From Eledone cirrhosa (lineage: Eukaryota), in the NCBI GenBank assembly GCA_964016885.1, contig OZ024741.1, forward strand, positions 225,370,001 through 225,434,000: a stretch of DNA of 64,000 nt, read 5' to 3'. The position numbers and the translations under genes were made by a program. The notes beneath the pieces were generated by a model. The model did no database searches. It was not told the origin of the DNA and saw only the letters and a program-made list of their open reading frames with translations. This document shows positions 52,360 to 64,000 of this stretch, piece after piece. Each line of letters begins with the position of its first letter. Within the stretch, counting starts at the first letter, position 1.

Positions 52360-52995
52360 CTACATTTTAAATTTATATTTATATTTAAAAGTTGAGTTCA
52401 ATCTATGTCTGCAGCAACTGAATAAATTTGTCCGTAAATTAAGGGAATTTTTAGATTTTAGTATAAAGAATATCTCCTCCGCGCAGAGGTCACATGTCTC
52501 AGAAGATGAATTAAAAGGAATCCCTCTTGAGACTATATTCCAAGCCGTCGAATATCCAACGTTATCATGCTTAAGTTGCCAGAGTAAGCCTGATAGTGAT
52601 GTGGAAGATTTTTTGCTTGGATCTGTGAAAGAATTCTTGTGGTTATTATAGCGAAGTTTAAATTCTGTCGAGGTGGAACCAACATAGTTAAAAGAATTTA
52701 AGTCCGTTTTAACATTACAGTTGTATATTATATTTTTAACTAAGCAATTGTTATTTAACGGACATTTAGATCTATCTCTACAGTTACATTTGTTTACTTG
52801 GCTATTATTTAGGTTATTATCGATATTTTGGCTAGGTTTTAAATTCCTATTATTTATTCTATTAATATTTTGTGCTAAATTTTTGGTGGATGAGTAAGTT
52901 AATTTTATAGTATGTCTATTGAAAATTGAGTGATACTTATGTGTTCTAGGGAAGCGATTATCAAGAGCATTAAAAAATAGTTTATACAAAAATAC
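52360..52995 (-). mobile_element. Penelope-like (Neptune-type) 3' fragment: Cys linker + GIY-YIG endonuclease
   Basis: CNCRDRSKCPLNNNC..IIYNC..YVGST..FKLRYNNH..CDLCAEE..CCRH. It is 5'-truncated at (CA)n(TA)n. Confidence 0.88.
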
Positions 52996-53009
52996 GGGTA
53001 TATATACAT

Positions 53010-53122
<113 letters not shown>

Positions 53123-53554
53123 TTCTTCTATTCCCTCTTCCTACCTTTTTATGCCTCCCAGTCTCTTTGTAAGTTGGACAGTTGGCCTTATATATTTTCT
53201 ATTTCTCTATTCTTCTCCTTTTTGGTTAAGCTACCGCACACCGGTTTTATCTCTATCGTCCTTTTCAGTTGATGCACTTTGGGTTGTAGCCTATTTTTCT
53301 TTATAATATTAAGCGTGATGCATTCAAACTATACCGATTTCCAGAGGTTGACTGGAGAATAGGATTGTTGTTTTTTCTGTTGCCTTTGTCATGTGCGCTT
53401 TCTGTTTGTATATATAAATACGCACACACACACACACACACATACACACCGCGAGATTAGCGGCCTTTAGACTCACCTGATCAATGAAACAATTGTTAAT
53501 ACTAGAAATAAAACCCTTTTTGTGCAGCCGACCATGTTATTCTGCAATCTTTCA

Positions 53555-53640
<86 letters not shown>

Positions 53641-53741
53641 ACAAAGAGGTAAGGTGCCAGGTGGACCATAACGCACCAGAGTACTCAATACTTACGATAG
53701 TCGAGTGGGTAATAGGAAAACAGTTAGGACCCCGACAGCTA

Positions 53742-53896
53742 TACAGGTACTTAGGTTTCGTTGATTTATACACCCCAATTCATTCTGCCTGTTATATAGA
53801 GAAAGATGGCCGCTACAATCTTAAGTGGTCATCTTCCTTTATATAACAGGCTGAATGAGTTGGGGTGTATAACCCAACGAATCTTAAGTACTTGTA
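53742..53896. repeat. Imperfect inverted repeat with ~70-bp arms
   Basis: TACAGGTACTTAGG..TTATACACCCCAATTCATTC..AAGATGGCC pairs with GGTCATCTT..GAATGAGTTGGGGTGTATAA..CTTAAGTACTTGTA. Confidence 0.75.
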
Positions 53897-53992
53897 TATG
53901 TCACTGTTGTAACTAATTATACTTAACTGGTCTTATGGATATTTCTACCAAACTTATACTACAGCATGTATGTTATATATATATATATATAT

Positions 53993-54405
53993 ATAAAATA
54001 TTAAACAAATAATGAATAAACAATTCCTTATATTAAACAAAAAAAGTTCATTATTTAACGATCGTTTCTAGGGTATATATGTGTTATAATTGGTATGCAT
54101 ATTCAACAGATCTATGTACAAAATTATACAAAATTATACAAATTATCAAGATTAAATATACATACCTAACACATATATACGCCGTCTTCAGAAATAAAGA
54201 TTATTTCTGAAGACGGCGTATATATGTGTTAGGTATGTATATTTAATCTTGATAATTTGTATAATTTTGTATAATTTTGTACATAGATCTGTTGAATATG
54301 CATACCAATTATAACACATATATACCCTAGAAACGATCGTTAAATAATGAACTTTTTTTGTTTAATATAAGGAATTGTTTATTCATTATTTGTTTAATAT
54401 TTTAT
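53993..54405. ncRNA. Fold-back cassette (205-bp arms, 3-nt loop) with hammerheads at 54051-54197 (-) and 54201-54347 (+)
   Basis: TTATTT-CTGAAGA-C-GGCGTATATATGTGTTA[~80 nt]TAACACATATATACCCT-A-GAAA-C(GATC)G-TT|AAATAA, with a perfect 6-bp stem I. Confidence 0.85.
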
Positions 54406-54654
54406 CTTGACTCTGTATACCGTTTATCTTTCACCGAAAGTGGTTTTTCATTACATCTCTTCTTTCCATGATATCCGGAATACATTGAGTTCTTCATACG
54501 GATTGGACACTACCGTAAACTCTTGGTAGATTTATCTACATATATATATATATATATATATAACTCGCTCGGTATGCAAATGAGTCTACTCAGCCGATAT
54601 GTACTTAAGAAAATACTATATATTTTCAACCGTTCAACAGACTGACAGAGGTAC

Positions 54655-54697
54655 ACAGTCCTGATGAAGGGTAATGACCCAGAAACATGTTGATTGT
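54655..54697 (+). ncRNA. Minimal type I hammerhead ribozyme
   Basis: ACAGTC-CTGATGA-A-GGGT(aatg)ACCC-A-GAAA-C(AT)G-TT|GATTGT. Stem I forms 6 bp and stem III is the palindrome AACATGTT. Confidence 0.85.
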
Positions 54698-54825
54698 TCC
54701 TCAAACAGGTGACGATCGGTCACCAGCACGGCACAACTTAAAATCGGGCCGTTTGTTTACAAACGAATCGAACATTATTCTTAATGTTCGATATAACCCA
54801 TAAGTACATATGTATATGTATATAA

Positions 54826-54965
<140 letters not shown>

Positions 54966-56374
54966 TCATCATCATCAGATAAAATACAAAAGTTGTTTTA
55001 CAGATAGTGACATATCCAAAAACAAGAACTTATCGTTTTAAGTTCTGTTTGAATAGTGAAAATGAAATTCAAATCTTAGGATGAATATGTTAATGAGGAT
55101 AATGTAAAGTTGAAAAAGATCGTTATAATTAGACGCTAGGTAAATTTAAATAATTATTACCATTATTTTTAAGGAACCAGGAGATAGAGGTTAATATTGA
55201 TATTAGGGTGGAAGAAAATTTAAGGAAATAATATAAGAAAAAAGTATATTAGAGTTAGAAATAGACTAATAGTATTAATATATAATTGTATGGATTGTAT
55301 TAGTGATGGTGTAAAGAGAGTGAAATAATTATATTTATTTATTTAATTATATAATTATGTATTTTGGGAATATCTATAATATAGTATGAGAATTATAAAT
55401 GTGTTAAAGTGGTACAATATTAATTTTAAAAAGTGAGAGATACTACGATTGGGTCTATTCTAATAGTGTGTTTTAATATTATAGAGATAATATTTATAAT
55501 ATATTTTATGAAGAATTAGGGTTGTAAGTATATTTTATTTTATTATATTAAACAGGTTATTTATATATAAATAATTTTGGTCAGTATATATGTTGTTTTT
55601 ATTAATAGAAAGATAATTTAAATATTTTTTATATGTGAAGAGTTACGATGAATTTTTGTTTGCATTTTCAATATATGTTTTAAGAAAGAGGAAGTAGTTC
55701 TATTTTATTCTAGAAGATTTTTTTGTACATTCAATAGTTGCATCAAGATAGGAATACATTTACGAAATTATACAAAAAGAAAAAAAAAAAATATTTATGG
55801 AAAGTTTAGTTGTTACTTACAAAAACTGTGTAAGCGTGTTACATTACAAAGGAAAAGATAACTCCAATATTTCTTAGTTAAAATAGTTAAGTTATATTTA
55901 CCGTTTATTCTAGAATTTACTTTTAAAAAAATATTCTAATTAAGATATATGTAAAAAAATTATTTTATATATTGTTTTATATTTTTATATATTTTATTTA
56001 TTTTATATATTGTTTTATAATATCATATATTACATATTTTCTAAGATAAAAAATGTATATATGTATTTAGATAGCATTCCTTATATCTATGCATAGGTTA
56101 ATGATATTAAGCATTTATATGTATGGATTTACAATGTCTATATAGTCTATTAGGAAGAAATACTACAGACATCAAAAGTATATTCGAAAACATCATTAAA
56201 ACCATCACATAAAAGATATATTTCAAAATATTATTTAAAAAAATATAATTTAAAAAAAATCTTTAAAAAAATCTCATTTAAAAAAAAACATCAACAAAGC
56301 GTAGCGAAGACATAAAATGTAAATAAGTGAGATATAGAGGCTATAAATAATATTCTCTATAGATTATAGATACT

Positions 56375-58580
56375 TCCAAAAGTCTTAGACTGATGATGTT
56401 TGCAGGAGTTGAAATAATTCTTTCTTTTTATTTATAGAGTTACTTTGATTGGTAACTATATGAAATATTTCCTCAATATATAAATTACAAATTCTTGAGA
56501 GGGTCATATTCTGGTATGCGGGCGCTTTAGAAATTGTTCCCCGAGAGATTGAATAGTCGATATTATTGTCTTTTAAGTACCAAATTAGATGTGAAAGTGA
56601 TGTTGAAAACTTTTTGTCCGATCTAGTAAATGTATGTTTGTGATTATACCAGCGTTCCTTAAATTTTGTAGAAGTGGCTCCTATATTTTATCCCTAGTTT
56701 TTACTGTGCATTTGTACACTAAGTTTTTATCTAGACAATTATTCTGTAATGGGCAATTTAATTCGTTTCTACAGTTACATTTTCTGGAATTGCTGACTAT
56801 AGGAATGGTACGATTATTATTAGCATTAATATTGTTAGTAGTAATATTATTATTGTTATTGTGGTTTATTTGGGTTGGGTTTAAATTTAAGATTCTATTA
56901 TTAATTCTATTAATATTTTGTGCTATGTTCATAGTAGTAGAGTAAGATAGTTTTATAATATGTCTGTTAAAAATAGAGTGGTATCTATGGGATTTAGGAA
57001 AAAGATTATCTAATGCTTTGAAAAATAGGTTTGCTACAGGTGTTTTAATTCCTAATGAGATTGGGGGAGAGTACCAAATAATATTTCTAGTTCTAGTTCT
57101 TTTGTTTGATTTACTATTTATGGTAAATTGCTTATTATTATTATTATAGTACATTTTAGGATGATTTTGCATGTTATTGTTATCTATGTATTTAATGTTA
57201 TTCATGTAACCAGCTCTATGTAAAGCATCATTGTAATATTCTGCCTTATTATCAAAAATATTTTTATTAGCTGAAATGCATGAAATTCGTTGCTGGACAT
57301 TATTGACAATGGCATTTTTGACATTTCTGTGATGGTTAGAATGGAAGCTTACATAGTTTAGGTTTTCATTAATCTTATGGACAGTGTAATATAGTCCTGA
57401 GCTAAAGTTTAAAGTGACATCTAAGAAGTTAACAGCTTTATTATTATTCTCAATTTCTAATTTAAGGTTATAATTATTGAAAAATTCTATGATTATTTTC
57501 TTTTTCCTTCTAAGTTCGCTATTGCTATGGTTATCAACTATAAGTAACATATCGTCACGATATAAACCTCCGGCCATCTCTGGCATTTTTCTATGTAGTA
57601 CGTTAAGAATAAATATTCCAACGAGGTCTGTTACCTGCGCTGAGTCAGATGATCCCATTGTGATATCAAAATTGTTCTGTCTATCAGCCCTAGTCCAGAG
57701 ATGGTTATTAAATTCAATTAGAGTTTTACGTGCGGTTAAAATAATATTTATTTAATCACTAGATAAGTCAGTATATTTTGAAGCGTAAATAAGTGTCTTA
57801 TTAAGTAGGTTAGGGGTAATTGAAGAGTAGTAATTAGCAATACCCATTTGTATAAATGTTTTTCTATGTTTTAATTTAATGTCTGCGAACCAATCGATTA
57901 CTTCATTTGTACCGTTCCAAAGTTTAAGGTGTGATTTATGCTTAAGTACTGGTATGATCCTATCTAGTATATGTTTGCTAATTATACCTAAATCAGATTT
58001 AGATGGTGCAATAAGTCTGACTGGTAGTTCCGCTTCAAAATTTCTTTTGTGGTCCTTCATATTTATCTTCGGTTGTCTTGGTATGAAAGGTTCAGTCCTA
58101 TTTTGAATACCCAATTTGTAAATAATTTCCGACGCTTCTTTATTTAGGGTTGATAGATCTTCATTAGAAGTGTTTTTTATAATTCTTCCTAGGTTCTTTC
58201 AATATTAAATTATTATAATCATCCTTTTTAATTCCGTATAAATTGTTAGTTTTGTCGGATTTTACGATGATCTTATTTGTTTTTTTCAGGTTGTCTATTT
58301 TATTTTTGAGGCCTTTGAGGTGTTCCTGGCCTTTATATTGGTTCCTTTTCAAACTCAGCTAATAGTTGTTGTAAGGTAGATTTTTCCTGGATTTAAATAT
58401 AAGATCAAAGTTATATTTAGATTTATTTTTTTCATTTTCTGATTTCTTTTCAAAATGGAAAGCGCGCCATCGGAGTCTCCTTATGAAAGAATCAGATTTT
58501 TTTATTAGCTGTTTCAAATATTCCTTATTGGTTGGTAAAGGTACATGCTTGAGAGAAGAAGAGATCTTAAAAAATTCCAT
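56375..58580 (-). mobile_element. Near full-length degenerate Penelope-like (Neptune-type) ORF: RT + Cys linker + GIY-YIG
   Basis: FIRRLRWRA, KSDKTNNLY, KDHK..PVRLI, MGSSDSAQVTDL, LYRDD, NFLDVTLN and CNCRNELNCPLQNNC..VYKC, with several frameshifts. A long AT-rich 3' region probably extends to about 54970. Confidence 0.9.
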
Positions 58581-58635
58581 TATTAATTCTTTATAATCTG
58601 TTATAGTTTAAAGTGCTCTACTTGAATGAGCTATT

Positions 58636-58696
<61 letters not shown>

Positions 58697-59573
58697 GGCT
58701 ACAAAAAGGCATATGACAGTGTACCACATACGAAAATATTTTGCACACGCCAATTCGTACATCAAGAGGTATGCCTCAAAATTACACGAGATTACTTAAT
58801 TCTAAAGTAGGTGTTGATGCACTTACTGACGTCTGCAAAATATTTTCAATGAATCGAAATTTTGCTTGCTAACACAGATCTTATATTTCCTTAAGCATCA
58901 TGACAATTCAATTCTCTTTGCAATTATTTCTCAATTTCTTGAAAATGTCCTCACCATAATCTACGGTTTTTCCTTGAAGAGGTGTTAACTGCTGACGACA
59001 GAATACTTTTTCTTTCCATTTTCTTACTGTAACTAACAGGCAACTTTCAAACCAGTAGAAATGTTTGCATACGTTATTCAATACATCAGTACATATATAT
59101 ATACGTATATACACGTGTGTGTGGAGTGAGGGTGAGGGAAAGGTATATGTATGTGCTTAAGTGTGTAGGTGTGTATGTATGTGTGTATATATATGAGTGT
59201 GTATGTATGTATTTATGTATATGCATGCATACGTGTGTGTATGTGTATGTCTGGTTTTTATGCGTGTATGTGTTTGTATGTGGGAATGTGTTCATGAGCA
59301 TCTGCATGTACGTATGTGTATGCGCGTGTATATATGCGCGTGTGTTTGTGTGTAGCTGTGAATATGTGTGTGTATACTTGCGTATGTATGTCTGTGTGCT
59401 TATGTATGAGTGCAAGTGTGTATGTGTTTATGTGGGTATTTGTATGTGAATGTACGTGCGAGAGTTTACAGTAAATACAGTAAATACACCACCACATAGA
59501 CAACACCAACGCACACATTCATACATATATCGTGATATATTTATATATATATATGTGTGCGTGTGTGTGCGTG

Positions 59574-59637
<64 letters not shown>

Positions 59638-59641
59638 CGTG

Positions 59642-59717
<76 letters not shown>

Positions 59718-60964
59718 GTATATATATATATATATGCATATACATATATCTAAATTTATGCGAAAAGTAAACGGAAAACAACAAAGCAAAGAATACAGTA
59801 TAATGAAGATACAGACACACACAAACACACACACACACACACATACACACACATCCATACACACACATGCATATACACACATATACATGTGTGTGTGTGT
59901 GAGGGGGGGTGTTTACGGTAAAATTTATTTGAATTTTGCAAGAACACAACAGATTCTGAACACGACAAACGTATAAACGAGCCGAAATGAGAATGCCAAC
60001 GTTGAAAAACATTCATAATACGCCAAGAAATATGAATGGTAGGAGAAAGAAGATTTATAAATAACATTTGTTTTTGTTGTTTTATTTTGATTGATTTTGT
60101 TGTTTTATTTTGGTTGATTTTGTTGTTTCTTTCCTTATTGTATTTTGTTTACTTCTCCATAAATGTTGTGTTAAGATCACGACTTGATGTTGTTTTTCCT
60201 CATATCTTCGTTACCAGAAAATACTCTGAGATCACGTCGTATAATTGACTGGCACTAAATGAGTATATTTGCATTTTTGAAACACCAACTATTTATTTAT
60301 TTATTTATTTATCTATTTATTTATTTATTTATTTATTTATCTATTTATTTATTTATATTTGTTTTCATTTCTATTTAGTTTACTTCTAACAATATTTCAT
60401 TCATAATTTCATAATTCTCTCTCTCTCTCTTACCTACTTTCACTTTCTGCCCCCTCTCTTCCTCTCCGTGGTGCTCTTATATTATCTCTCTGCTTTTGTC
60501 TAATATCCTCTTTCTATTTTCTCCATCTCTCTCTCTATTTTGGCCTCTTTTTTTATCTTCATCTCTTTCTCTCTCTCTCTCTCATACTCGCTTCGCTTTC
60601 ATCACTCCTATCTCTTTTCCCATCTCTCTCTTTCTCTTACTTCGTCTCTCTCTCTCACTCTCAGTGGTGCTCTCATATTATCTCTCTGTTTCTGTCTAAT
60701 GTCCTCTTTCTCTCTCTCTCTTCGTCTCTCTCTCTCATATTCTCTTCCCCTTCCACACCCCATCTCTTTCCCACTCACTCTCTCTCTCTGGCGATTTCAC
60801 CTTATCCTCGTTTCTGTGACATATCCTATTTCTTCTTCTTCTTCTTCTTCTTCTTCTTCTTCTTCTTCTTCTTCTTCTTCTTCTTCTTCTTCTTCTTCTC
60901 TGTCTCCCTCTCTCTCTTTTGTCACATCTTGTGTTCTCTATCTGTCATTATATATTTTTTTATT

Positions 60965-61157
60965 CGGGCGGTGGATTGTTGGCAGTATCGGTAGAGGGTC
61001 GGACGCCATGCTTTGACGCATTGAGTTACGGCCCTTGCCATTCTGAGTTCAAATCCCGCCGAGGTTAACTTTGTCTTTCATCCTTACGGGGGCCGATAAA
61101 ATAAAGTACCAGTAATACACTGGATAATTGGTGGCCTTGTGCCAAAAGTAGAAACAA
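60965..61157 (+). mobile_element. Full-length SINE (main family)
   Basis: GGGCGGTGGATTG..TGGCAGTATCGG..GAGTTCAAATCC..GTAGAAACAATT. Confidence 0.88.
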
Positions 61158-61515
61158 TTATATATTGTTCATTCACCCTCCTCCTGTTTCTCGCTCCACT
61201 TTCTCTTTCAATCTGTATATATTTCTTTATCTGCACTAAAGTTCTTACAGACACTTTCCAGTTTAGTTTATTCTTCACTTTCTCTTTTTGTTAAAATATA
61301 TTCCCTACACAATGAATAAAATAACATAAAATACACAGTATTTCAGTACATTTCAGTACATTTTCGATGTCATAAGCATGAAAACAACGATAACAAACGT
61401 GTTGCCAGAAAATATAGATGCAATAACATAATATCTGTTTCTACTTTAGGCACAAGGCCAGCAATGACCCAGTTCATTAGATGCAATAACATAATATCAT
61501 GAACTAATATATTTA

Positions 61516-61697
61516 TGGATTGGCAGTATCGGTAGAGGGTCGGACGCCATGCTTTCCAGCATAGTTACGTCCCTTTACGATCTGAGTTCAAATCCCGCCG
61601 AGGTTGACTTTGCCTTTCATCCTTACGGGGTCGATACAATAAAGTACCAGTAATGAACTGGGTAATTGCTGGCCTTGTGCCTAAAGTAGACACAAAT
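61516..61697 (+). mobile_element. SINE (main family), preceded by an inverted 3' fragment at 61435-61470
   Basis: Same motifs as the other copies. TAGATGCAATAACATAATATC is duplicated around the small fragment. Confidence 0.85.
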
Positions 61698-61832
61698 ATA
61701 TTTATGTCGAACCTCTGTTGGTTTAGACAAGTGATCCAGCTGTTCGAACAACGGAATAGCCTACTCGTGAAATTAACATGTAATACTAGTTGAGAAAATC
61801 GAGTAAAGTATCCTTGCAGACGGAAAGAATTA

Positions 61833-62128
61833 CCGTATTTCCCGGCACCGAAGACGGTTCGTCCTCGAGGATGCACCCTAATTTTGATAACCAAAAATTT
61901 GAAAAAAAATAATGATTTATAACATAGGCACAAGGCCAGTATTTGGGGGAGGGGAAAGTCGATTAAATCGACCCCAGTACGTTACTGGTGCTTTATTTTA
62001 TCGACCCCGTAAGGATGAAAGGCAAAGTTAACCTCAGCAGGATTTGAACTCAGACCGTAAAGGGCCATAATTCTATGCTGCAAAGCATAGTGTCCGACTC
62101 TCTACCGACACTGCCAATCCACCGCCCT

Positions 62129-62159
<31 letters not shown>

Positions 62160-62252
62160 TAATAAACAACCTTCAACCACCAAGACGCATGGTAACATTT
62201 TTAGACTTATTTGAGGGGAAAAAAATAGCGTCTTCGACGCCGGGAAATACGG
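61833..62252. mobile_element. Tc1/mariner-superfamily MITE with a nested minus-strand SINE (~61915-62129)
   Basis: TIRs TA|CCGTATTTCCCGGCACCGAAGACG and CGTCTTCGACGCCGGGAAATACGG|TA. The SINE is flanked by a degenerate AAATTT(G/A)AAAA..TAAT duplication. Confidence 0.82.
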
Positions 62253-62375
62253 TAGATATAGACGCATGCATAGAATTGAACCTCACATCTCTCAGTGAAG
62301 TGCAATAACCATTACACTAAGGAATATACAGACACTGATTGCCGATTTTTAGAAGATTTTAATGCTGTAGCTAGG

Positions 62376-62454
<79 letters not shown>

Positions 62455-63734
62455 AAAATGGAATGAAAAAAATGGTAGAAGTGTGGGTGATGAAATAAAG
62501 GCTGGATCTGAGGGAGTGCGAAGGAGATAAATAAGACAGGATAGATAATGAGAAATACCTTCAGATCGACAGAGAGAAAGTGACAGCGCTAAAGAAAAAG
62601 AGACAAATATAGAGAAAGACTGAGTTATTGGCGTGTGTGTGGGTGTATATACGTGTATATGTGTACGTGCGTGTGTATATGCATGTGTGGTTTTGTGGGT
62701 GTGTGTATTTGTGTGTATGTTCTGTGGGTGGGTGTTTGTATATGTGTATGTATGTATGTGTGTGTGTGCGTGTGTATGTATGTGTACGTATAGATGATAG
62801 CTGTATTGCATGTGATTTAATCGAGCTTCCAAGGGCCGGTGTTGTCAACCATGAGAAAAGACATGACAAGAGCACTAGATAAGATCTTTAGTTGCATGCC
62901 GTTTCTTGAGTCACGCACGAACACTTCTGTCCTACATATTTGAATATCTAAACGTCTGGGTGAAATATCCTTGTAAGTTGAATACACAAGCATGCAGCTC
63001 CAGTTAGCGGCGTCGCTGTCAACATTGCATGCCTCATCTGTCATGAAAATTTAAAGACAAATTCATATTTCAGTAGTCATATAAGACGACAGAAAGCAGA
63101 AAACCAAAAGTCATACAGAGGCTGCTGATTGCGACAAAAAAGAGGGTTTACTTGGATTCGAGTCAACGATCGCACTATATATACATCAGACCTGTCAACT
63201 CTCCCCCGTCCGACGTGGATACCTCCCACCCTCCTTTGGAGTGAGTGAGGGATGTCTTTCCTTGTGAAAATGGGTATAGCTTTCATTCTGTAATCTCCCC
63301 ATTTTGCCTAATTTCCCCCGTTTTGGGGCGCTTTTTATCGTTTGAGTTTTTAGAGGTTGGCAGGTCTGATACACGTATTTACATACATATACGAATATGA
63401 ATAAATAAATAAATAAATATATACATGCATACATACATATATACATATGTACAAACACGCGCACACAAACATATACACGATATGTTTATGTACGATGAAC
63501 TTATATAACTGAGACTATGGAAATTCGAAGCTATGATTATGTGACAGCGACTCAACAGCTATGTGAGAGCGCTATACACTAGTGCTTCAAGATTTTTATC
63601 CATCATCAATACGGATCCCACCAATTAATCCTAGCCTGGGAAGCATGCACTATATACAAATGAACATCTCCAATATATATTTTATGCACAAAATATATAC
63701 AAGCTTATTCTTGTCCCAGTACAGAGTTAGTAAA

Positions 63735-63779
63735 TGTCACAGATGACGGATAAGAATCCCGAAACACTAGTGTCTGGTG
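63735..63779 (+). ncRNA. Degenerate hammerhead motif
   Basis: TGTCA-CAGATGA-C-GGAT(aaga)ATCC-C-GAAA-C(ACTAGT)G-TC|TGGTG. The core has a U4A change and stem I is GU-rich. Confidence 0.55.
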
Positions 63780-63920
63780 TCCTCACACGACCATTGAGAT
63801 AACTGTGACATGATCGCAGCTTAAAACATTGATAGCGAAAGTTTTATATTTATTATACATAAATGTTAGTGCAACTGCCTATATACACACACACACACGC
63901 ACATATATATATATATATAT

Positions 63921-63989
<69 letters not shown>

Positions 63990-64000
63990 ATAATAATGAT

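Noticed and set aside
58690-58730. WIGYKKAYDSVPH, an R4/Dong RT motif next to (TA)n
   Set aside because: Probably a real fragment, but only about 40 bp with no supporting context.

Overview
This window is AT-rich, microsatellite-dense animal DNA with no recognisable host gene. The SINE and repeat content resembles octopus/cephalopod genomes, but that is recalled similarity, not a search result. Almost all of it is transposon-derived. It holds four related Tx1/L1-clade LINEs; three of them sit head-to-tail, each bounded by (TCTA)n. There are three R4/Dong-clade LINEs (two ending in (TAA)n), a Ty3/Gypsy LTR element with a tRNA-Trp PBS, an internally deleted mariner, a Tc1/mariner-type MITE, a non-autonomous Helitron, tRNA-derived SINEs and three Penelope-like (PLE) coding remnants. 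The main unannotated signal is about a dozen type I hammerhead ribozyme motifs with palindromic stem III loops. Several have long stem II insertions and occur as sense/antisense pairs in 150-200 bp fold-back cassettes next to (TA)n. The second main signal is the apparently (TATC)n-targeting Tx1 lineage. All alignments and base-pairings were done by eye, so boundaries may be off by a few bases.
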